A stretch of 64,000 nucleotides of DNA from Clostridia bacterium (GTDB lineage: Bacteria > Bacillota > Clostridia > UMGS1840). Below are positions 57,172 to 64,000 of this stretch, one piece after another (within the stretch, counting starts at the first letter, position 1; the number at the start of each line of letters is the position of its first letter). The DNA lies in the NCBI GenBank assembly GCA_045638525.1, contig JAZUBQ010000023.1, forward strand, positions 154,656 to 218,655. Reading direction: 5' to 3'. The position numbers and the translations under genes were made by a program. The notes under the pieces are model-generated. The model worked only from the letters and a program-made list of their open reading frames with translations, was not told the origin of the DNA and made no database searches.

Positions 57172-58052
57172 AAAATGTAGAGCGTTAAGAAACGAATTCC
57201 ATAGAAACAACCCACCGACACAATGCCGTAGATACTGCGAAGCAAAAACAGCGAAAGCAGATTTACGGCATTTTTTTTATCAAAAAAAATGGATTGAAAC
57301 ATCACGCAAATTCCGGAGAATCCGGTGAAAAATATTGCAAAAGGTAACGGGAAATGTTGTATCAGAAGCGGTAATCCCGATGTGATTTCTATGATAGAAC
57401 AAAGAGCGGAACAAAGGGGAGAATCCGGCAAAAAAGAGCGTAAGAAACAAATCAGTGACGAAAAAAAGCAAACAAAACAAATGAGTGACAAAATTGCAAG
57501 GGCGCTTTCACTCACCGATTCCACCAATGCTGTGGAAAAAGGAAGCGGTTTTTCTACCGGTTTTATGGTTTTTCCAAAAGAAATATCATCTTTTTTCTGA
57601 AAAAACCATCCTAAAAGAAGCGAGGCACATAAAAAACTAAGATAAATCCGGATTCCCAATCCAACGCTTTGGTATAGCACTCCACCAAGATAAGACACCG
57701 AAAATCCGAATCCCGGAATGTTAAAAAATCCGTACATCTGATATAGCTCTCGTTTGGTAATCTCATTGTTATCATATGCAACGGATGCCAATCTTGCTCC
57801 GGTTGGATATCCGCAAAAAAGAGAAGGAATGATCAGTTTATACATTTTTGAATCCTTGTTTTTACAAAATATCCGTTCAAGATATGTGGCACCGCCCGTT
57901 TTCATAAGAATTTGCGACACCACCATATAGGGGAAAATTGCAGGCATTAAGACTAAAAATCCTTTTTCCAACCCTTTGGATATTCCGTCTGCCGCAATTT
58001 TTGGGTAACAAAGAAATAAAATAAAAATTCCAATTCCCAACCACCGTGACAT
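57168..58052 (-). CDS. YlbJ-like sporulation integral membrane protein
   Basis: LMPAIFPYMVVS, SLFCGYPTGAR, EITSG, GFSGICVMFQ. Confidence 0.75.
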   Translation of the reverse strand: MSRWLGIGIFILFLCYPKIAADGISKGLEKGFLVLMPAIFPYMVVSQILMKTGGATYLERIFCKNKDSKMYKLIIPSLFCGYPTGARLASVAYDNNEITKRELYQMYGFFNIPGFGFSVSYLGGVLYQSVGLGIRIYLSFLCASLLLGWFFQKKDDISFGKTIKPVEKPLPFSTALVESVSESALAILSLICFVCFFSSLICFLRSFLPDSPLCSALCSIIEITSGLPLLIQHFPLPFAIFFTGFSGICVMFQSIFFDKKNAVNLLSLFLLRSIYGIVSVGCFYGIRFLTLYIF

Positions 58053-58133
58053 AAAAACCACCCGTTTTCATATAATTTTATTAAATTATATTGATGTATT
58101 CTTAGGAATATACATCGTTTGGAAGGACGTATT

Positions 58134-58448
58134 ATGAAACGGAAGAAAAAAGCGCCAATCAGCAACCCAACCCAACCGCCTATCCCGTCTCCGCCGCCGA
58201 AAAGTCTGTCGCAACGACTGGGGATTTCAGGTGAAGTTTTAAAAAACGAGCCAAAAATTGTAATTACGGGAGATTATATGGTTGAAATCTATAATCATAA
58301 GGGAATTGTGGATTTATCAGAGAATCAGATTCAGGTGAATACCCGGAAATTTATCTATTCCATCCGTGGAGTCGATTTAATGATTGCTACAGTGACCGAT
58401 GATGAACTTGTGATTACGGGAACTGTGATTTCGTTGGAAAAAATATAG
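58134..58448 (+). CDS. yqfC: YabP/YqfC-family sporulation protein
   Basis: PKIVITG..VEIYNHKGI..I.G..L.I, immediately upstream of yqfD-phoH (conserved synteny). Confidence 0.8.
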   Translation: MKRKKKAPISNPTQPPIPSPPPKSLSQRLGISGEVLKNEPKIVITGDYMVEIYNHKGIVDLSENQIQVNTRKFIYSIRGVDLMIATVTDDELVITGTVISLEKI

Positions 58449-58460
58449 GAGGCGGTAGCA

Positions 58461-59633
58461 ATGGCACGTGCCTATCAGTTTTTAAGAGGATATCTTACGG
58501 TAACTGCAACCGGAATCCATGTGGAAAAATGTTTGAATCTTGGACTTGCCAATCGGGTTTATTTATGGAATGTGCGTCGTATGACTCACGGAGAACTCAC
58601 CTTTTGTGTCAGTCGGCAAGGTTTTTTGATGATGGAGGAATATGCAAAGAAAACCAATACCATCCTCTCTGTCGTATCTCGGGACGGACTGCCGTATCTT
58701 TGGCAATCTACCAAAAAACGCAAAGTATTTTTTCTTTCTGCCGTTGTTTCTTTCAGCATTATTCTGCTGTCTGCTTCGTTTATCTGGAGCATAGAAATCA
58801 AAGGAGAAAATCCGGTGTCCCAAGACCGTTTGGAACAGGCACTTGCATCCTACGGGTTGGGAGTCGGAAGATTTCGGACTTCTGTTGATTTTACCGAAAT
58901 ATCCAACCGTTTAATCAGCGATTTTGATGAAATCTTGTGGGCAAATGTGGAGCTTTCAGGCACAAAACTAACGGTAACGGTAGTTCCAAGAACCCCTGCA
59001 CCAACTGTGATTCCCAAAGAAATCCCCACCAATATTGTGGCAAAAAAAGACGGACATATTACCAGCATTATTGCCCATAACGGGGATGCCATGGTGAAAG
59101 TTGGGGACACGGTGGTGAAGGATCAAATTTTAATTTCGGGATTGATTCCTTCACCTTCCGTTGGAAGTCGTTATTTACATTCGATGGGGGAAATCACCGC
59201 ACTGACCTGGGAAGAAAGAAGTTTGGAGCAGAAACTTTATCGCTATGATAAGGTTTTTACCGGAAATCAGTCGGTTCATCGGGAAATTGAACTTCCGTTT
59301 GTAAAAATTCCTCTGGATTTTCGGCAAACTATTGACTTTTACAATTATGATAGTATAATAAAAGAAAAGCATTTTTTGTTTCTTACCTATCGGGAAACTA
59401 CCTGTTTGGAATATCGGTTGCAAAAAGCGTCGCTTTCGGTTACGGAAGCGGTTAACGAAGGGAAAAATACTCTGCTTTCCGAATTTTCGGAGGAAGGAAT
59501 TACGGAATTTGTTTCATTGAAAATTGATTATGACACGTTGGATGAGGAAACAATTTTGGTAAAAGTATTAGCAGAGTGTGAAGAAGAACTTGGTGTTTCC
59601 AAAGAAATTATAAAACCGACAGACCCATTTTAG
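58461..59633 (+). CDS. yqfD: YqfD (stage IV sporulation) family protein
   Basis: GYLTVTATG..EKCLN, IWSIEIKG, NIVAKKDG.I, GDTVVKDQILISG. Confidence 0.85.
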   Translation: MARAYQFLRGYLTVTATGIHVEKCLNLGLANRVYLWNVRRMTHGELTFCVSRQGFLMMEEYAKKTNTILSVVSRDGLPYLWQSTKKRKVFFLSAVVSFSIILLSASFIWSIEIKGENPVSQDRLEQALASYGLGVGRFRTSVDFTEISNRLISDFDEILWANVELSGTKLTVTVVPRTPAPTVIPKEIPTNIVAKKDGHITSIIAHNGDAMVKVGDTVVKDQILISGLIPSPSVGSRYLHSMGEITALTWEERSLEQKLYRYDKVFTGNQSVHREIELPFVKIPLDFRQTIDFYNYDSIIKEKHFLFLTYRETTCLEYRLQKASLSVTEAVNEGKNTLLSEFSEEGITEFVSLKIDYDTLDEETILVKVLAECEEELGVSKEIIKPTDPF

Positions 59634-59645
59634 AAAGAGGTATCT

Positions 59646-60638
59646 ATGGAGAAAGAAATTTTCTTACATTCGGTAGACGAGGCAATTCGTCTGTTTGGCA
59701 ATTTTGATGAAAATATTTTATTGATTGAAAAAGAGCTTGGCGTCAAAATTTTTCACCGTAACGGAATTGTGAAAGTAAGCGGTGAAGATGTTGCAGTAAC
59801 TATGGCATCCGAGGTGTTGGAGGGTCTCATTCAACGTCTGAAATTTGAAGAATCCTTAGATGAACAGACCATTCGCTATCTGATCAGTATGGCAAGAGAG
59901 GGCAATGTGAAATCGGTTGCCGAAATTGGTGGAAACTGTGTTTGTGTGACTGCAAAAGGAAAACCGATTAAGCCAAAAACTTTGGGGCAGAAAGCGTATA
60001 TTGAAAATATCGAAAAAAATATCATCAATCTGGGCATCGGTCCTGCCGGTACCGGGAAAACCTATCTGGCAGTTGCTTGTGCAGTTACAGCGTTTAAAAA
60101 TAAGGAAGTTTCTCGTATCATTTTAACTCGTCCCGCTATTGAAGCAGGGGAGAAACTTGGATTTTTGCCCGGTGATTTGCAGTCGAAAATTGATCCTTAT
60201 CTTCGTCCGCTTTATGACGCATTGTTTGATTGTCTTGGTTCTGATACATTTGCCAAGTATTCCGAAAAAGGATTGATTGAGGTGGCCCCCCTTGCCTATA
60301 TGAGAGGTCGTACCTTAGATGATTGTTTTGTGATTTTGGACGAAGCGCAAAACACTACCCCCGAGCAGATGAAAATGTTTTTAACCCGTATCGGCTTTAA
60401 CACCAAAGCAGTCATTACCGGTGATATTACCCAAACAGACCTTCCATACGGCAAAAAATCCGGCTTAAAGGAAGCGGTTGGCATTTTAAAAAATATCGAA
60501 GGTATTTCCATTACGATGCTTTCGCATAAAGACGTTGTCCGTCATCCGTTGGTACAGAAAATTATTCTTGCCTATGAAAAACACGAGCAACAAAAACTGA
60601 GAAAAAATCGCTTCTCGGAAAGCGAAAAACGAAACTGA
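59646..60638 (+). CDS. phoH: PhoH-family ATPase
   Basis: IKPKTLGQ, GPAGTGKTYLA, LTRPAIEAGEKLGFLPGD, APLAYMRGRTL, LDEAQN, VVRHPLV. Confidence 0.93.
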   Translation: MEKEIFLHSVDEAIRLFGNFDENILLIEKELGVKIFHRNGIVKVSGEDVAVTMASEVLEGLIQRLKFEESLDEQTIRYLISMAREGNVKSVAEIGGNCVCVTAKGKPIKPKTLGQKAYIENIEKNIINLGIGPAGTGKTYLAVACAVTAFKNKEVSRIILTRPAIEAGEKLGFLPGDLQSKIDPYLRPLYDALFDCLGSDTFAKYSEKGLIEVAPLAYMRGRTLDDCFVILDEAQNTTPEQMKMFLTRIGFNTKAVITGDITQTDLPYGKKSGLKEAVGILKNIEGISITMLSHKDVVRHPLVQKIILAYEKHEQQKLRKNRFSESEKRN

Positions 60639-60680
60639 AAAAAGCTGTTTCCGTTTGGATGTAACGGGAACAGCTTTTTT
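60638..60680. terminator. Bidirectional terminator after phoH
   Basis: AAAAAAGCTGTTTCCGTT/AACGGGAACAGCTTTTTT. Confidence 0.75.
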
Positions 60681-60711
60681 GGTTATATGATAAGTTGTGC
60701 AGAAAAATCTG

Positions 60712-60984
60712 TCTTAAGGTTCAAGTCCTGTATGAAAAAAAGAGCCATCCTTTGTGAATGACTCTTTTCTGGTCGAGGTGACAGGACACGGTTGTGCGTT
60801 GCACCCCCTGTTGGCTTGGCGACCCAAGCCTATGGCTTCGGTACCCGCCATCGCCCCACAGCTCGGAAAACTTGCCGCCGGCAACTTTTCGTATCTCGCC
60901 GTGCCTTCTTAAGGTTCAAGTCCTGTATGAAAAAAAGAGCCATCCACTTTGTGGATGACTCTTTTCTGGTCGAGGTGACAGGAC
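60712..60984 (-). repeat. tRNA-Pro-linked direct repeat (76/78-bp copies, period 195-197 bp)
   Basis: 60712-60787 and 60907-60984 differ by a 2-nt indel and one substitution. Each contains the 18-nt tRNA 3' end, a terminator hairpin and an inverted copy of the T-arm. Confidence 0.85.
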
Positions 60985-61043
60985 TTGAACCTGCGGCATC
61001 TTGGTCCCAAACCAAGCACTCTACCAAACTGAGCTACACCTCG
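60967..61043 (-). tRNA. tRNA-Pro(TGG)
   Basis: Reverse complement CGAGGTGTAGCTCAGTTTGGTAGAGTGCTTGGTTTGGGACCAAG..CACCTCGACCA. Confidence 0.95.
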
Positions 61044-61298
61044 TAAAACTATTGGTTATTATACAACATTTTTTGAAGATTGTCAAGTGTTTTTCGCAGC
61101 AGTCCAATAAAATTTGGGGAAAGTGAGCAGTTTTTCTATTGGGTAAACGAACCTGTGGATTTTCCCATTTATGATTTGGTTTTTCTTTGATATTGTTTTT
61201 CATAAAACAACATAAAAGATGATAAAAACTACCGCTTATCAAAAATTAGGGAATGGCTTTATTTTTGTATCTTCGGAGAACAATTTTTGTTAAAACTA

Positions 61299-61327
61299 TT
61301 GAATTATGTGAAGAAGTATGTTATAAT
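61299..61327 (+). promoter_or_regulatory. SigA promoter of the hydrogenase operon
   Basis: TTGAAT-17 nt-TATAAT with TGn. Confidence 0.6.
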
Positions 61328-61432
61328 ATTTATGCAAGTTGTATAAAATGCAACAAATTTAATATAAAAATATGTGATATATATCCAATCAAACAGGTAT
61401 TTTGCCGAAAACTTTGTAAGGAGGATTTAACT

Positions 61433-61921
61433 ATGGCTCGCATTAGTGAAGCCGGTGTGAAAAAAATTTGCGAAATCTGTGACAGATATACCAATGAAAA
61501 AACACCGCTGATGATGATTTTAAGCGACATTCAAAATGAATATGGATACATTCCCTTGGATGTGCAGGAGATTGTTTCGGAAAAAACCGGAATTTCTGTT
61601 GCAGAAATCTACGGAGTGGTAACCTTTTATTCCTTCTTTTCTTTAGAACCGAAAGGGAAATATGTAATCGGATGCTGTATGGGAACTGCTTGTTATGTCA
61701 AAGGAGCGCAGCTGGTGATGGATAAATTTTCAGAGCTTTTGGGGATTGCTCCCGGAGAAACCACTGCGGACGGCTTGTTTACCATAGATGCGTTGCGTTG
61801 TATCGGTGCCTGCGGGATTGCTCCCGCGGTAACCATTAACGGGAAAGTATACCCCAAACTTTCTGTGGATCAGGTTCCCGGCATTGTAGCGGAATACAAA
61901 GCTTTAGGAGGTGCAAACTAA
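61433..61921 (+). CDS. NuoE-like [2Fe-2S] subunit (HydC-type) of an electron-bifurcating [FeFe]-hydrogenase
   Basis: GVVTFYSFF, CMGTACYVKG, CIGACGIAP. ATG behind AAGGAGG. Confidence 0.88.
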   Translation: MARISEAGVKKICEICDRYTNEKTPLMMILSDIQNEYGYIPLDVQEIVSEKTGISVAEIYGVVTFYSFFSLEPKGKYVIGCCMGTACYVKGAQLVMDKFSELLGIAPGETTADGLFTIDALRCIGACGIAPAVTINGKVYPKLSVDQVPGIVAEYKALGGAN

Positions 61922-61922
61922 G

Positions 61923-63803
61923 ATGAAAACTTTTGCCGAATTAGATGCGAAAATCTGTAGCTGTACCGAAGCGTTAAAAGGAAAAATTGAAGGACTTGGC
62001 GGAAAACGTGCCATCTTACTTTGTGGTGGTACCGGTTGTTTGTCTTCCAATTCCATGGATATTAAGAAAAAGTTTGAACAACTCATTGAAGCCAACAATT
62101 TAGGAGACAAAGTGAGCTGTAACATTGTTGGGTGTTTTGGCTTTTGTTCTCAGGGACCTTTTGTGAAAATTTATCCGGAAGATACTTTGTATCGTCTGGT
62201 GCAAGAGGATGACGTAGAAGAAATTTTTGAAAAAGATATCAAAAACGGCGAAATTGTGGCACGTCTTCTTTACATAGAACCTTTAACAGGAGAAAAAGTT
62301 GCAAAACAGGAAGATATCAATTTCTATAAAAAACAAAAACGTATTGCTTTGCACGGTTGTGGTGTCATCAATCCCGAAGATATGAATGAAGCAATGGGAG
62401 AAGGTGCGTTTGCCGGCTTAAAAAGAGCACTTTCGATGGATCCGAAAGAAGTTATCGATGAAGTGCTTGCATCAGGAATTCGTGGTCGTGGCGGAGCAGG
62501 ATTCCCAACCGGTAGAAAGTGGAGCTTTGCGTATGCCAATGAAGCAGATCAGAAATATGTAGTGTGTAATGGTGACGAAGGCGACCCGGGCGCATTTATG
62601 GACCGTTCCATTCTGGAAGGGAATCCATTTGCGGTGTTGGAAGGTATGATGATTGCAGGATATGCCATTGGAGCAACCGAAGGTTATTTCTATGTTCGTG
62701 CCGAGTATCCCATTGCTGTAAATCGTTTGAAAAATGCCATCAATCAGATGAACGAAGCAGGAATTCTGGGTGACAATATTTTAGGTTCCGGATTCAGTTT
62801 TCGTGCACATATCCGTTTGGGTGCCGGTGCATTTGTGTGCGGAGAAGAAACCGCACTGTTAAATTCCATTGAAGGAAAACGCGGTATGCCCCGTCCCCGT
62901 CCGCCATTCCCGGCTGTGAAAGGATTGTGGGGAAAACCCACCATTGTAAACAATGTGGAAACATTGGCTTGTATTCCCTATATTTTACGGGAAGGTGCTG
63001 AAAAATTCGCAGAATGTGGTACCGAAAAATCAAAAGGTACCAAGGTATTTGCTTTAGGTGGTAAAGTTAATAACGTAGGTTTGGTGGAAATTCCCATGGG
63101 TACCACCTTACGGGAACTGATTTATGATATCGGCGGCGGTATTCCCGGTGGCAAACAGTTTAAAGCTATCCAGACCGGTGGACCCTCCGGCGGTTGTCTG
63201 ACTGCGGAAGCATTAGACGAACCCATTGATTTTGATAATCTGGTAGCCAAAGGCTCTATGATGGGGTCCGGCGGTGCCATTGTTATGGATGAAGATAACT
63301 GTATGGTAGACGTTGCAAAATTCTATATGGAATTTATTTGCGATGAATCTTGCGGTAAATGTTCTCCCTGCCGTATCGGTACCAAACGAATGCTTGAAAT
63401 TTTAACCCGCATTACCGAAGGAAACGGCACAATGCAGGATTTGGAAGAATTGCAGGAATTGGGCGAAACCGTAAAAGCCAACTCCTTGTGTGCGTTGGGG
63501 CAGACAGCGGCAAATCCGATTATTTCTACATTAACCCATTTTAAAGATGAATATTTAGCACATATCAACGACAAAAAATGTCCTGCAAAAGTGTGTAAGA
63601 AGCTGATTCGCTACACCATTGTGCAAGATAATTGTTTTGGATGCGGAATGTGTGCAAAAGCTTGTCCCGTTGGTTGTATCAAGCAAACCGATTATACTGC
63701 TCCCGGCAAAAAGTTGAAATCTTATCAGATTGATGCTACGCAGTGTGTAAAATGCGGCGCTTGTCTTGCAACCTGTAAGTTTAAAGCAATCATTCAGAAG
63801 TAA
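61923..63803 (+). CDS. NuoF-like FMN/NAD-binding subunit (HydB-type)
   Basis: CGGTGC, GCFGFCSQGP, RGRGGAGFPTG, NGDEGDPGAFMDR, GAFVCGEETAL, CGKCSPCRIGT, C-terminal 2x[4Fe-4S] motifs. Confidence 0.92.
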   Translation: MKTFAELDAKICSCTEALKGKIEGLGGKRAILLCGGTGCLSSNSMDIKKKFEQLIEANNLGDKVSCNIVGCFGFCSQGPFVKIYPEDTLYRLVQEDDVEEIFEKDIKNGEIVARLLYIEPLTGEKVAKQEDINFYKKQKRIALHGCGVINPEDMNEAMGEGAFAGLKRALSMDPKEVIDEVLASGIRGRGGAGFPTGRKWSFAYANEADQKYVVCNGDEGDPGAFMDRSILEGNPFAVLEGMMIAGYAIGATEGYFYVRAEYPIAVNRLKNAINQMNEAGILGDNILGSGFSFRAHIRLGAGAFVCGEETALLNSIEGKRGMPRPRPPFPAVKGLWGKPTIVNNVETLACIPYILREGAEKFAECGTEKSKGTKVFALGGKVNNVGLVEIPMGTTLRELIYDIGGGIPGGKQFKAIQTGGPSGGCLTAEALDEPIDFDNLVAKGSMMGSGGAIVMDEDNCMVDVAKFYMEFICDESCGKCSPCRIGTKRMLEILTRITEGNGTMQDLEELQELGETVKANSLCALGQTAANPIISTLTHFKDEYLAHINDKKCPAKVCKKLIRYTIVQDNCFGCGMCAKACPVGCIKQTDYTAPGKKLKSYQIDATQCVKCGACLATCKFKAIIQK

Positions 63804-63817
63804 GGAGGAATATCAAA

Positions 63818-64000
63818 ATGGCTAACGTGAATATTAAAATTGAAGGCGTTTCTTACCAGGTTGAAGAAGGTTTAACCATTTTAGAGGCGGCAAAAGCTTG
63901 TGGCTATGAAATTCCATCCTTGTGTGCATTTAACCATGGTGAATGTTCCAATGGTTCTTGTCGTGTGTGTCTGGTAGAAGTTGCCGGAGCAAGAGGTTTG
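63818..64000 (+). CDS. [FeFe]-hydrogenase catalytic subunit (HydA/NuoG-like N-terminus), truncated by window edge
   Basis: RBS AAGGAGG; MANVNIKIEG..TILEAAKACGYEIPSLC..CSNGSCRVCLVEV ([2Fe-2S] domain). The H-cluster is outside the window. Confidence 0.75.
   Translation, partial: MANVNIKIEGVSYQVEEGLTILEAAKACGYEIPSLCAFNHGECSNGSCRVCLVEVAGARGL

Noticed and set aside
60792-61046. ORFs 60792..61046 (+) and 60830..61027 (-)
   Set aside because: They overlap tRNA-Pro and its repeat; spurious.
61339-61356. Rex operator upstream of the hydrogenase operon (TTGTATAAAATGCAACAA)
   Set aside because: Four mismatches to the clostridial TTGTTAA-N4-TTAACAA consensus in an AT-rich region; too weak to call.

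Overview
Chromosomal window from a low-GC, spore-forming Clostridia-like bacterium (yqfC/yqfD/ylbJ-type sporulation genes, CIRCE-controlled groESL, T-box ileS, SLH S-layer gene, hydCBA-type hydrogenase genes). The most notable region is 1-15570, a co-directional Ser/Thr phospho-signalling array that begins upstream of the window. It encodes a kinase-FHA fusion (partial), a PP2C phosphatase, two more FHA proteins, three intact receptor kinases (one with a solute-binding-protein-like ectodomain, two with 11 and 5 PASTA repeats), a transmembrane pseudokinase, and a lipoprotein built from the ectodomain modules of its neighbours. The rest is mostly housekeeping: 7 tRNAs, an amino-sugar kinase/nagB/nagA cluster, ileS, uppP, orphan yycH/yycI-like genes, polA, rarA, glyA, groESL, putP, recD2, an S-layer gene, sporulation genes, phoH and hydC/hydB/hydA (partial). 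Other unusual items are a RAYT transposase carrying REP palindromes inside its own ORF, ~190-200 bp tRNA-linked repeat units, several small palindromic elements, WalR-type boxes, and two adjacent secreted proteins sharing an unrecognised C-terminal module. No CRISPR array, rRNA, prophage or integrase was seen. All calls come from reading the sequence; no database searches were run.
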